Shown: piece after piece, positions 1 to 15,699 of the stretch
Layout of the letters: every line of letters starts with the position of its first letter
Position numbering within the stretch: position 1 is the stretch's first letter
NCBI GenBank assembly: GCA_964016885.1
Contig: CAXHJY010000109.1
Span: 237,713-301,712 of the forward strand
DNA length: 64,000 bases
Origin: Eledone cirrhosa
Taxonomy: Eukaryota
Direction: 5' to 3'
Program-made: the position numbers and the translations under genes
The notes under the pieces: model-generated
Told to the model about the DNA's origin: nothing
Database searches by the model: none
The model's input: only the letters and a program-made list of their open reading frames with translations

Positions 1-645
1 TCTACTCTCCTACTCTTTCTATCTCTCTCCACTCTCCTACTTTCTATCTCTCTCCATCACGCAAACTACTCCCCCTCTCTCTACTATTTTACCCTCTCTT
101 TCTATCCCTTTCCATATCACACTCCTCTACAAACTTTTTCCTCTCTCTACACATTCTCCCTTTCTTTCCTCGATCCTCTCCTCCCCCACCTCCCACTCTA
201 CCTCCTCCCCCTCTACTATATCTCTCTCACCTCCCCCTCTACTATATCTCCAACGCTATCCTTCCCCTCTGACCCCCCCCCCCTTCTACGCTCCCTCTCT
301 ATCCTCCCACCACCTCCCCACTCTACTATATCCCCCTCGCTATCCTCCCACCACCTCTCCATCTCCCCCTCGACCCTCCCACCACCTCCCCACTCTACTA
401 TAACCCCTCCCGCTTTATCCTCCCACCTCCCACCACCTTCTCCTCTACCATATCTCCTTCTCTAGCCTCCCACCACCTCGCCACTCTACTACCCTCTCTA
501 CCCTCCCCACTCTACTACCCTCTCTATCCTCCCACCACCTCCCCCTCTACTATATCTCCCATTACATACAATCCTACCAAATAAACTGATGTCCTGCAAA
601 TGACACTGTAACCTTTTACAACAGATACAATTAATTGTCTAGTTC

Positions 646-1218
646 ACTACCACTGCTACTACTACTACCACTACTGCTACTACTACCACTACTACTACTA
701 CTGCTACTACTACCACTACTACTACTACCACTACTGCTACTACCACTACTACTGCCACTACTGCTACTACTGCCACTGATACTACTACCACTACTACTGC
801 CACTACCACAACTACTGCTACTACTACCACTACTACTGCCACTGATACTACTACCACTACTACTGCCACTGATACTACTACCACTACTACTGCCACTGAT
901 ACTACTACCACTACTACTGCCACTGATACTACTACCACTACTACTACCACTACTACTACCACTAGTACTACTACTACCACTGATACTACTACTACCACTA
1001 CTTCTGCCACTGATACTACTACTACTACCACCACTACTGCTATTACTACCACTGATACTACTACTACCACTGATACTACTACTACTACTACCACTGATAC
1101 TGCCACTGATACTACTACCACTACTGCTACTACTGCCACGACTACTACTACTGTTGCTACTACTACCTCTACTGCAGCCACTGGTACTACTACTGTTACT
1201 GCTACTACTACCACTACC
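646..1218. repeat. Compound (ACT/ACC)n trinucleotide repeat
   Basis: Direct inspection; explains the poly-Leu and poly-Val ORFs. Confidence 0.9.
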
Positions 1219-3295
1219 TCTATCATCCTTCTGTCATATATGTCGTCTGCTCCTTTCAATTTTGATCACCCCCCCCCCCCCCGCCACTTTAATCTCTATA
1301 TTTACCACCACTCTCTTTCCCCTTCCCCCTCTCTCCTAATCTATCTTTCTATCTATCTCTCCCCTTCTGTCTCTGCTAACCTATCTCTCCCTCTCCTTTA
1401 ATCCATCTATCTTTCCCCTTCACTTTCTCTCTTAATCTATCTATCTTTCCCCTTCTGTCTCTGCTAACCTATCTCTCCCTGTCACCTAATCCATCTATCT
1501 TTCCTTTGCTCTCTCTCTCTCTTAATCTATCTATCTCTCCCCTTCTGTCTCTGCTAACATATCTCTCCCTGTCACCTAACCCATCTATCTTTCCCCCTCT
1601 CTCTCTCTCTCTTAATCTTTCTATCTTTCTCCTTCTCTCTTAATCTATCTATCTTTCCCCTTCTCCTCTCTTAATCTATCTATCTCTCCCCTTCAGTCTC
1701 TCCTAATCTATCTGTTTCCCCCTCTTTCTATATATTACTCTCCCCCTCCCTATTCTACCGTATATCAATTATTTCCTTTCATTTATCTTTTTTCCTTCTT
1801 CCAATGTTGTTTCTTGTCAATTACTTTTACTTTTTCCTTCTTTCCTCTCTCGTCCTCACTTCTTTCCTCTTCTCACTTTCTCTCTCTCTCACTCTTACTC
1901 ACTGATTCTCCCCCCCCCCAACCCTCCAACTCCCCCCTCTCAATATATTGGTAAAGACGTGACATGTTAGTTTACTGTAATATAAAAATAGTATATGTAA
2001 TGGTTTCTGATTTAGACACAGGGTCAACAGTTTTTGGGGAGGGGAAAGTCGATAAATTCGAAACCAGTGTATTACTGGTACTATATTTTATCGACCCCGT
2101 AAGGATGAAAAGCAAAGGTAACCTCGGCGGGAATTGAACTCAGGACGTAACTTTGTCGCGAAGCAGGGTGTCCGGCGCTCTACCGATTTTGCCAATTTCA
2201 CTACCATTGGTATTACTGGTACTACAGTTTATCGACTGGGTTCTGAATTAGGCACAAGGTCAACAGTTTTGGGGGCAGCAAAGTCGATTAAATTGACCCC
2301 AGTACGTAAGGCGAAGCTAACCTCGGCCGGATTTAAATTCGGAACGTAAAGGAACGGAGCTCTATGACGCTCTACCGATCTACCAATCCACTGCCGCGAC
2401 AGACCTTCTCCGTCTCCCTCAGTACTATCACCTCTCACTACCACCACCTCACGCTGCCCTACTCCTTCTCTGCCATCACCTCTCACCACCACTCCTCACA
2501 GCCACCTCTACCATCACCTCTCACCACCACTCTTCACAGCCTGCTCCTTCACTACCACTCCTTCCCCTTCACTACCATCATCTCTCACCGCCACTCCTTC
2601 ACTACCACCACCACAAATCCCGACATGTACGCCATCTTCTACCCAATTCAATCTCCTATTTTTATATATTTTCTCGTTAATTCTTCCTTATTTTTTTCTC
2701 TTTTCTTCTTGTTTTTGTTTAACTTATTTATTCTTGTCATGTCTTCTAATTTTCTAAGGAAAAAGAATTTCCTGTTTTCCACGCTGGCCTTTAACCCCTT
2801 CTCTCTCTCTCTCTAATCCGGTTTCTGCTTATTATAGTTCCTTCTTTCTCTCTCTCCACCATTCTACATCCCCTCACTATGTCGTTTTTAGGGTCTTTCT
2901 TTATTTTTTTACTCATTTAAATCGGTTTAGCAGATGGAATAAAAACCTGCAATCTGCCAACGTTTGTCTGTCTTTGTGTGTATATGTGTATATGTATATT
3001 TGTGTGTTTATGTGTATGTGTCTGGGTGTGAGTGTTTATGTCTGTGTATGTATATATATATACACGTGTGTGTTTATGTGTTATTCAATTCCAGTAATAA
3101 TGGTTTCGTTGATTAGTCCGTACAGCCGTCATTATTGTAAGGACCTTCAGCAAGTTTAAATCAAATCTGCCGACAGACACCAATACAACATACAACCAAA
3201 CACAATGACACATCCACCATGTCGCCATCTTCGTCGTCTGCTGCTTTACATTAATCTAGGCGGAGTCCACTTTACCTTTTAATTAATATCACACC

Positions 3296-3343
<48 letters not shown>

Positions 3344-3550
3344 ACCTCTAGCGTTCTACCTCTCTCTATCTCCGCCTCTCTCTTTCTACCTCTTTTTATC
3401 CCTATATTTCTATCTCTTTATCTCTGTCGTTCTACCCCTCTATGCTTCCACCTCTCTTTATCGTTATCTCTCTTTATCCCTATCTCTTTCTACCTCTCTT
3501 TATCTCTCTCTCTCTCTTTCTACCTCTAAATTTGTAAAGTACAAACATTA

Positions 3551-3735
3551 TGGTGGATTGGCAGTATCGGTAGAGGGTCGGACGCCATACTTTCCAGCAT
3601 AGTTACGTCCCTTTGCGGTCTGAGTTCAAATCCCGCCGAGGTTAACTTTGCCTTTCATCCTTACGGGGTCGATAAAATAAAGTACCAGTAATGTACTAGG
3701 TAATTGATGCCCTTGTGCCAAAAGTAGAAACAATT
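3551..3735 (+). mobile_element. SINE family B (tRNA-like head, GCCTTTCATCCTTACGGGGTCGATAAAAT centre)
   Basis: GAGTTCAAATC B box. Copies or fragments at about 1998-2200(-), 2240-2395(-), 4230-4405(+), 11045-11140(+), 35550-35715(+), 40915-41097(-), 47868-48045(-), 54290-54520(-) and 62541-62685(-). Confidence 0.8.
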
Positions 3736-3788
3736 ATATATATATATATTTGTGTCGTTTGCATTATTATTTATGATTGTATGATTGT

Positions 3789-3827
<39 letters not shown>

Positions 3828-3844
3828 TAAGGAAACAACATACA

Positions 3845-3932
3845 GAGGTACAAAATGTATTATTAGTTTCACGCTTTATATGGAAAAGGGGAAAGAAATT
3901 TCGACGTGTCGGGATTTAGCCCTTCTTCGAGC
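3845..3932 (-). mobile_element. Decayed hammerhead/Penelope-like terminal fragment
   Basis: Minus strand CGAAGAAGGGCTAAATCCCGACACGTC...GCGTGAAACTAATAA matches 37577-37665 (+) AGAATGGCTTATGCCCGAAACGTC...GCGTGAAACTAATAA. Confidence 0.45.
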
Positions 3933-4933
3933 AGAGCTGATCATCAGATCAGACCAAGGAAACAGTTTCCATTGGACTTTCTATTACTGATACCTCTTGG
4001 CGGAAGAAAGGGGCTGATCATCAGATCAGACTAAGGAAACAATGTTTCCATTGGTCTTTCCATTACTGATACTACAAGTCACAAGCCCTGGCAGAAGGAG
4101 CAATGGGAAATAAGAATGCAGAGCAGTATTTCCCTAACTATTTACCATTGTGGAACCCTTCAAATATTTTCCATGTCTCAGGGAAGACCTGCATAAAAAT
4201 TATGTCATTATTATTATCCAAATGTTATCCGGTGGATTGGCAGTATCGGTAGATCGTCGGACATAGTTACGTCCCTTTACGATCTGAGTTCAAATCCGCC
4301 CGAGGTTAACTTTGCCTTTCATCCTTACGGGGTCGATAAAGTAAAGTACCAGTAATGCACTGGGTAATTTCTGGCCTTGTGCCAAAAGTAGAAACAATTA
4401 TTATTATCCAAATGTTTATCATTGTTTCTCTCGGAAGTCCTAGCGACATCTGGCGGAATGCTAGGGTTCCGACGAACGCCATTGGAGATTCGCTGTTATA
4501 GATGTAAGAACGACCCAGTATGGGACTGGTACCTTATAAAGCAGTGCCAAGAACAATGTTTACATATTTAAAGTGAGGGCTAAGTGTCCGAATAAATATG
4601 CCAGAAATGTGTTTGTCTATATATATGTATGATATATATATGTATGATATATATATATATATGTATATATATATGTGTGTGTATATACACACAATCATTT
4701 TTTACTCTTTTACTGGTTTCTGTAATTGGGCTGCAGCCATGATGGATCACCGATTTACATATCTGGCACTTGTGTTAAAAAGGGCGACAAATTTAGAGGA
4801 CATAAACAGACTGCACCGGTTGTTAAACGGTGCAGACTCATACAAAAATATGGAGGCTTTCTGGGGTTTCCGTTTAACCAAATATCACTCACATGTATGT
4901 TGATCTGTATACGTGTGTGTGTGTGTTGATCTG

Positions 4934-4966
<33 letters not shown>

Positions 4967-5121
4967 ATATATGCTGAGGTTGTTGAGCTGTATGTGTGTA
5001 TGTATGTATGTGAGAGTTTAATTAGGACGGTCAGACGTTGTTCTGTAATAATTCTTAACAGCTTCAAGCAATGAATAAATGAGACTAATTTTATGGAAAG
5101 AGAGAGAGACCACACATTTCA

Positions 5122-5156
<35 letters not shown>

Positions 5157-5577
5157 CTTTAATGAGACTTCGTGTTTCTATCAATGTAGTACACACAAAC
5201 ACGTACTCACATACACACCTGCAGACATTCCCTCACACCTGCAATATATTGATAGTTCTACCGTACCCTGTCCACCAGTAGATTACCGTTAACTAACACG
5301 AATAACTGCCAATAGTTGTGAAGGTCAAATTCGTTAAAAACACGGAAAAATTAAATATAAAGAAAACTTCGAGGGTTCCAAACTCTGGATCTGTCTTCCA
5401 TCTCCGTTTCCTGTGGGGGTGGTTTTTAATGCACAAGGCCAGCAATTTTAGGGAAAGGGAAAGTCGATTGCATTACTGGTACTTTATTTTATCGACCCCA
5501 TAAGGATGAAAGGTTAAAAAAAAAAAATAATAATTTATGAAAAAAATTAAATGTGAAGAAAACTCCGAACCCACAAA

Positions 5578-5619
<42 letters not shown>

Positions 5620-5799
5620 ATATCTATATATATGTGTGTATGTGTGTGAGAGAGAGAGTGTGTGTCATTTCCGGCAGGTTTGGGGGGTCAGATTTGATGA
5701 AAACACAAAAAAAGACGAAGGAATAAAAAATAATTCGCATCAAATACAGAAAAGTTATAAAATTTACAGATTCGAAGGTAAATTTAGGAAGATAATTAC

Positions 5800-7690
<1,891 letters not shown>

Positions 7691-7739
7691 ACTCCCTCAC
7701 ATTCACGCACTCGGACGCACATTCGTACACACATAGGAG

Positions 7740-8064
7740 TATCAGATGGTAGCCTGGCGTCTCCAACAAAGAACAGGCAGGGGGGTCAGCCCTCGGCCTC
7801 CTACCATTTCATCCTACCAGAGCCTCACTCTCGCTCGATGCAGCAACAGCGTGCTGGATGAGACCCGACGGCTGGACTCGCACTAGATTATGGCTGGACC
7901 TGATTAAGGAAGATCTCCAGAAGCTCCCCTCGGAGGATACAGAAGAGCTAGCAGCGGACCGCCAGCGATGGAGTGCACTGCTGGACCGAGTCGGCTCTTT
8001 ACACGATGGCCCCCTCTGGATCTACAGACATAGGATGACCCCAATCACATCGAGCAATAGATGA
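7740..8064 (+). mobile_element. RTE-type LINE 3' fragment (degenerate)
   Basis: Translation GWTRTRLWLDLIKEDL...ELAADRQRWSAL matches the RTE ORF C-terminal pattern W...(I/V)..DL...A.DR..W. Confidence 0.6.
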
Positions 8065-8241
8065 GGTTGTTTACAGAACAACCGATTCTTTTATGTCATA
8101 ATCGATAGCTTTGGGGTTGTTCTAGATGGATTTACGTTCAGATTCAGGTATTTCCTGGTCACATATATACATTCGTATAAATACATATATGTATATATAC
8201 AATATTAAATAAATGGAAAACTATATTTATAAAACCATATT

Positions 8242-8307
8242 TATTTCATTATATATATTTCGGGGATATCATATTAACAATATGCTATGCCTTCATCAGA
8301 CAAAATA
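8242..8307 (-). ncRNA. Mirror copy of the 8444-8509 hammerhead motif
   Basis: Exact reverse complement within the left arm of the 8201-8550 inverted repeat (TCATCAG at 8293-8299). Confidence 0.62.
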
Positions 8308-8443
8308 CAATATAAACAGTTTTATAGATAAATATATTCGACATACCGTAATAAACATCAACTTCATTTGAAGAGGTTTACTCTAGCAGTCTATGTTTAT
8401 TACGGTATGTCGAATATATTTATCTATAAAACTGTTTATATTG

Positions 8444-8509
8444 TATTTTGTCTGATGAAGGCATAGCATATTGTTAATATGATATCCCCGAAATATATAT
8501 AATGAAATA
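8444..8509 (+). ncRNA. Type I hammerhead ribozyme motif (Penelope/retrozyme-like)
   Basis: Stem I TATTTTGT(8444-8451)/ATGAAATA(8502-8509); core CTGATGA 8452-8458; imperfect stem II 8459-8489; GAAA 8490-8493; palindromic ATATAT stem III; AUA triplet with cleavage after 8501. Confidence 0.65.
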
Positions 8510-8772
8510 AATATGGTTTTATAAATATAGTTTTCCATTTATTTAATATTTAATATTGTAAATATACTCCAAATATTTGTCGAGTGCTTTTATATCAGTT
8601 ATAAATATTTACTAGTTGTAACCCAACAATTTTAAATATAACCTTACATATATGTATATATAAATATATATGTATATATACTTCAATAGCATTTTAATAA
8701 ATATTGCCTGTACAGGTAATCAAAGTGTGTGTACATTTTTGGGACACCCGGTATGTGTGTCTGTATATATAT

Positions 8773-8818
<46 letters not shown>

Positions 8819-9351
8819 ACACATACATACATACATACATGGAGAAAGCGGTAAAATTAAGCCGATAGAAATGAGCTCCTGTTCCGTTAAGACGTCTATC
8901 ATTTTTACCTTCGATCTAACCAAATCAGCTTCGATGATCTGACTAACTGTATTACTCATTCACTCCTCATACTTCTCACTCCCCTCCCCTCACCCCCTCA
9001 CACATACACACTTTTTTATGTGTGCTCGCACGCTTATTTGTGTGTGTGTGCTTGTCCATTATTTTACCAATAAGCACTACATGTTATTAATACCACCACC
9101 ATCACTACAGTTGTCTCCTGTCTCCCTCTCCTTTTATCGATCTACCTGGCCACTAATTACACACACATATATGTGAATATATACATGTATATATATATAT
9201 ATGTGTATATATTTGTATACACACACACGCTGTCTATTGTCAGTATTCGATTTCACTAAGAGCTTTTAATATCAATCATGTCTTTTTACTATTTCGTATC
9301 GTGCGAATACACTTGGTTGTTCATTTTACTTTGAATCGTACACACACACGC

Positions 9352-9395
<44 letters not shown>

Positions 9396-9578
9396 TATAT
9401 ATACTGTAGTATAAGTTTAGTAGAAATAAGAGCACTCAGTCCATAGGACGAGTTAAGTATAATTAGTTACAACAGTGACATATACAGGTTAGTTAAGTTT
9501 CGTTGGGTTATACACTCCGCCTGTAATAAGATTAAAAATAGCCACCGGCCATGGGGTTTTTAGAAAGTGTATATATAT

Positions 9579-9830
9579 ATAGGAAAATGTTTAATCCCGA
9601 CGGCAGAGCTCAAGCCATTTCGACGGCTATTTCAGTCCAGAAATAGCCGTCGAAGCGGCTTGAGCTCTGCCTTTGGGGTTAAACATTTTCCTATTACCTA
9701 CTCTACTTTATATATATAACGAAAGAGGTGTGGTAAGGAACCAGATGGACCATAACGCATCAGAGTACTCAATACTTAGGGTAGTAGAGTGTGTAATAGG
9801 AAAATGTTTAACCCCGACGGCAGATTCTCG
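9579..9830. mobile_element. Fold-back element carrying the 3' half of a hammerhead motif (GAAATGGC..GAGCTC..GCCGTC family)
   Basis: Imperfect palindrome 9579-9694 centred on loop 9634-9639, with a further partial copy at 9760-9830. Relatives at 39707-39797 and about 61523-61555. Confidence 0.5.
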
Positions 9831-9831
9831 C

Positions 9832-9878
<47 letters not shown>

Positions 9879-11657
9879 TCAGCGAGAATCGTATTTCAAC
9901 GGGTAGAAATAAGCGAAACGCAATTTCCGAATCATGCTGACAAGCGCTCCGTGGACCAAAAGAGACCAGAGCAATAAACGTAGTTTATGAATGAGTAGCA
10001 AAGCACTCAATAAGGGTAGGTAGGGATTACATTTAGATAGCTTGACAAATTGAAAATTGCGGCAGGCAAAACCCAGCCATACAATACCAAAACAAAGAAA
10101 AAACTAATCAGGTTAGATATATATAAGCCGAAACTAGTGTCACCGCGGTCGGGGTTTTATATCTCCCCCACCCACCCCTCTCTCTCTCTCTCTCTCCATT
10201 ATGATATCCTTCGAATGAAACAGTTCTAGTCCTATATATAGATAGATAAATAGAAACAATTATCTTTTAAATCATATTTAATTCCTTAAGGAATATGATT
10301 TAAAAGCTAATTTTGATTATATTTGGTCTGTGTTTGTCTACTGTCTCCCTTATAAAGGTCTTTTTCACCAAACCAATATAATATACACGTTTATGACCAA
10401 ATTGTCAATTTACACGTGTTGTAAATATTGTGGTACACACGAGGGGCAGGTAACTCTTGTGAGCAATTGAAAGAAATCTTTTGTTTTTCACAATCCTTCT
10501 CCTTTCTCTCTTTTCATCTCTCTATCTTCCTCTCACTCCCGCTCTCTATCTTCCTCTCACTCCCGCTAATTCTCTCTTATTGTATTACTCTCTCTACTGT
10601 TCTCTGATACCACCTCACTCTCTCTAATGCTCTCTGATAGCCTCTCACTCTCTCTAATGCTCTCTGATAGCCTCTCACTCTCTCTAATGCTCTCTGATAC
10701 CCCTCACTCTCTCTAATGCTCTTTATTACTTCCGACTATTTCTTTGTAAACAAAGGTAGCGAAATGTTTAGAGTTGAGTCAACTAGAGAGAGGGGTGTCT
10801 TTTATAAGGTCGCTGAAGGTGCTAGAAAGAACAGCTAAATTAGTCAACTAGAGAGAAAGGAGGGGGTTTATAAGGTCACCGAATGTGCGAAAAAGAGCAG
10901 CTAAATCTGTTGGATTACTACTACCGTCTTCAAATAGAAAGTACCCGTTGTAGAAATGAAAGAAATATTAAATAATAGTTTCTGATTTAGGTACGAGGTC
11001 AGCAATTTTGGTTTGGTGCTAGAAAAGTCTGACGTTTGGTCGTTTAACTTTGCCTTTCATCCTTACGGGGTCGATAAAATAAAGTACCAGTAATACACTG
11101 GCATAATTGCTGGCCTTGTGCCAAAAGTAGAAACAGTTATATATATATATATATGACACATATATACATAAAGACCCCCACACACACACACTTATTAAAT
11201 TTTGCTAATCTATCTCCAATGAAGTTTTATTTTAAGTGGTAGCATTACTGCGGCAATTCATTTTCTTTAGACATTAAAATCATTCTACATTATAAAATAA
11301 ACACACACACACACACACACACACAAACACTCTCTCTTACTTTCTACGTCGACAATAATGGATTGGTTTCGGTCAGTCACCGTGTGTCCCATTCCAACTT
11401 TTCAATATACTTTCTAAATCTCTTTCATACACGTACACACACATACATTTATATATACACATACACACACCTACATATTTTGAGGTACATACACTTGCCT
11501 TCCTTCTTTTCGGCATTCTCTCTCTTTAACACGCCTCATGTGTTTTGTTTGTTTCATTTATTAACCATGTATGTGTGTGTGTGTGTATATATATAATGAT
11601 TTATATATACAATGATTTATATGTATGTATGTATGTGTATATTTATTTATATGTTTG

Positions 11658-11712
<55 letters not shown>

Positions 11713-12460
11713 GGTCGACGGTGTGTTTGGTGTGCTTACAATGCTTTATATGTATGTATGTATGTGTATATTTATTTATATGTATGTAATAAATATATAT
11801 ATATATATATACACACACACAGGTCGCCGATGTGTTTGGTGTGCTTACAATGACTTGATGGCAAGTAAATTAACAGGAAATGAGTGTAAAGGGCTTATAT
11901 AGTGAGGGAGGGGGGGTATGGAAGACATAAAGGTAGTAGTGAGGGGGGGGAAAGGTGGCTAGTAGTAGTGGTGGTAGTAGTGGTATAGGGAACAGGAGAC
12001 GGTAAGGGGGTTTCAAAGTTGCTTCCTTGTTTGTTATCACTACCAACCCACAACAACCATCGCCATCACAACCAGCGATACCAATCATTACAACTAGTAC
12101 CACCCCCCACCAACCCATCACCACCACCACCACCACCATTGCTATCACCTCCTCTCCATCAAATGTTATTTTCTAACAAGACTTAGTTTAAAGATGGGGT
12201 CATAAGGAATACATTTAATTACTTTTATTTCCCTCTCTCTCTCGTGTGTGTGTATATATATACACGTGTGTGTGTGTGTGTATATATATATACTCGCGTG
12301 TGTGTGTGTATATATATATATATATAGTTATATACACACACACGAGTATATATATGTATATGAGTGTGTATATACACTCTCTCTCAGGTGAGTGTAAGCT
12401 GCTTTTCCCCAACTAATTAATCTCTGTATATGCTTGTATATACGTCTTGCACGCGCGCGC

Positions 12461-12604
<144 letters not shown>

Positions 12605-12782
12605 ATATATATATGTGTGTGTGTGTATATATATGTATGTGTGTGTTCGTGCATGTGTATCCTCCCCCTTCCTCTCCGCCACCATCTATTGAGAAGGTGT
12701 GAGGAGAAGTTAATTAAATGAAGACAAACTTATTTAAATACAACCAACACGGAATTGAAATCAATATTGACCAATATATATA

Positions 12783-13585
12783 GTAGTAGTGGTGGTAGTA
12801 GTAGTGGTGCTACTGGAGTTGTGTTGTTGTAGTAGTAGTGGTGGTGCTACTGGAGTTGTGTTGTTGTGGTAGTAGTGGTGGTGGTGCTACTGGAGTTGTG
12901 TTGTTGTAGTAGTAGTAGTGGTGCTACTGGAGTTTGTGTTGTAGTAGTAGTAGTAGTGCTACTGGAGTTGTGGTGTGGTAGTAGTGGTGGTGCTACTGGA
13001 GTTGTGTTGTAGTAGTGGTGCTACTGCAGTTGTGTTGTAGTAGTGGTGGTGCTACTGGAGTTGTGTTGTTGTAGTAGTGGTGGTGCTACTGGAGTTGTGT
13101 TGTAGTAGTGGTGTTACTGGGGTTGTGTTGTTGTAGTAGTGGTGTTACTGGGGTTGTGTTGTAGTAGTAGTGGTGTTACTGGAGTTGTGTTGTTGTAGTA
13201 GTGGTGTTACTGGCGTTGTGTTGTAGTAGTAGTGGTGTTACTGGGGTTGTGTTGTAGTAGTAGTGGTGTTACTGGAGTTGTGTTGTAGTAGTAGTGGTGT
13301 TACTGGGGTTGTGTTGTAGTAGTAGTAGTGGTGTTACTGGGGTTGTGTTGTAGTAGTAGTGGTGTTACTGGGGTTGTGTTGTAGTAGTGGTGTTACTGGG
13401 GTTGTGTTGTAGGAGTAGTGGTGTTACTGGGGTTGTGTTGTAGGAGTAGTGGTGTTACTGGGGTTGTGTTGTAGTAGTAGTGGTGTTACTGGGGTTGTCT
13501 TGTAGTAGTAGTGGTGTTACTGGGGTTGTCTTGTAGTAGTAGTGGTGTTACTGGAGTTGTGTTGTAGTAGTAGTGGTGGTGGTTG
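12783..13585. repeat. ~27-33-bp minisatellite GGTG(C/T)TACTGG(A/G)GTTGTGTTG(TAG)n
   Basis: Direct inspection. Confidence 0.9.
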
Positions 13586-13738
13586 TAGTAATATTAGTAA
13601 TAGGAGTGGTGGTGATTGTTGTGTATATGGCAGTATCCCAGCATGGCCGGAGCCGATGATCTGGGGCAGTGTGTGTGTATGTATATATAATGTGTTTGTG
13701 TGTATTTATGTAAATATGTTATTTCATGTTCCAGCCGT

Positions 13739-13772
<34 letters not shown>

Positions 13773-15188
13773 CAGTTCACACAGACATATCTGTATACAC
13801 ACACACACATCTGTATATACACACACATATATCAATATCAGTATACACACACATCATATCAGTACACACAATCATATATCAGTACACACACACACATATC
13901 AGTATACCCACACACGCAATCATATCAGTATATATACACACATCATGTCAGTATACATACACACACACAGATATCAGTATACATACACACACACACATCA
14001 CATCAGTATACACACATTTCTTCTCTTCTTTTCGTCGTGTATGAAAGAGGAAGATATTTCAGTTTTTTAATCGACCGTCATCATCAGCGAGAAAAAAACT
14101 ATTTGGTGCTTGTCTGTGTTCATAGTTACATAAACACCTGATGTCGCTGTAACACCTAATGTTAGCGTCGGCCGACACCTGCTTCGCTCTCTCTCTCTCT
14201 CTCTCTCCTCTCTCTCCTCTCTCTCTCGCTCTCTTCTCTGTCTCTCTCGCTCTCTTCTCTGTCTCTCTCGCTCTCTTCTCTCTCTCTCTCGCTCTCTTCT
14301 CTGTCTCTCTCGCTCTTCTCTCTCGCTCTCTGTCTGTCTCGCTCTTCTCTCTCTCTCTCGCTCCTCTCGCTCTTCTCGCTCTTCTCTCTCTGTCTCGCTC
14401 TTCTCTCTCGCTCTTCTCTCTTCTCTCTCGCTCTTCTCTATCTGTCTCGCTCTACTCTCTCTGTCTCGCTCGCCCGTTCTCTTTCTTTTTCTTTCTACCT
14501 TTCTCCCTCTTTTTTCTTTCTGTGTGTGCGTATGTATATATATATATGAGAGAGAAAGAGAGGGGGTGTATACAGATCTGTGAAGGTAAAAGTAGAGGTG
14601 TGTGTGTGTGTTTGGTGTGTATCAGCTGAACTACAGGAATCTAGGGGTGATGTACAAACGTGTGTAGATATGTAATACACGCGGTGGGGGTCATTTACGG
14701 AGATGCTATAAGATAGGGTGATGACCCATAAAGATATAATATATATGTGTGTGTGTGAGTCCCGGGTTAAGGTACTCAATACAAAAAATTTAATATAGAA
14801 ATGGCTTCTACTGGACTAGAACTGTTTCACTCGAAGGAAAAAGCCATTTCTGTATTAAATTCGTTATATACTGGCGGTGCTCCAACATGGCCTAAGCCTC
14901 TCGGCTGGAACACGTAATAGAGTAATATATGTATCTATATATATATTTAAAATACCCGTAGTACTTATTATTTCAATACATTAACTGAATGAGTACTCAA
15001 TACGTCTAAATATTGTGTAAATTGGGTAAATTTGTAGAAAATCACCAGCTGAGGTTCGTTGAGAACTTCTTTTCTATGATTGTTCCTCTTTCTAACTCAT
15101 TTCACCTCCGACATCCGCTTTGGTCGTTTTATATATGTATTCTCGCTCTAGCACAGCTGATACATAAATATAAGTATGCATACGTACG

Positions 15189-15230
<42 letters not shown>

Positions 15231-15276
15231 TATATATATATGTGTATGTATGTATACTTGCACACACACATATTTA

Positions 15277-15322
<46 letters not shown>

Positions 15323-15455
15323 CATGTTGCTTATTAAATCTTACTAATCTATATCCAACGAAGTTTTATTTTAAGTGGTAGCATTACTGCGACAATTAAT
15401 TTTCTTTAGACATTAAAATCATTCTACATGATAACAAAAGAACATTAGTGGAAAT

Positions 15456-15522
<67 letters not shown>

Positions 15523-15699
15523 GCATCCTCTACGTCGACAATAATAGATTCGTTTCGGTCAGTCACCGTGTGTCCCATTCCAACTTTTCAATGTAATTTC
15601 TAAATCTCTTTGAAATTCATACCTTGTTGCCTTCTATTTATTTTATTACATTTTTATTATCATTTTGGGCTTGATAAATTTATATATGAGTCACGTTTC

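Larger units (their letters stand above)
8201..8550. repeat. Long inverted repeat (158-bp arms, 34-bp spacer); Penelope-like fold-back
   Basis: 8201-8358 is the reverse complement of 8393-8550, with no mismatch seen by eye. Each arm carries a hammerhead motif. Confidence 0.9.

Noticed and set aside
635-1339. Poly-Leu and poly-Val membrane-like ORFs
   Set aside because: Trinucleotide repeat.
3936-4030. Minus-strand CTGATGA motifs in a short duplicated segment
   Set aside because: No convincing stem II-GAAA-stem III could be built.
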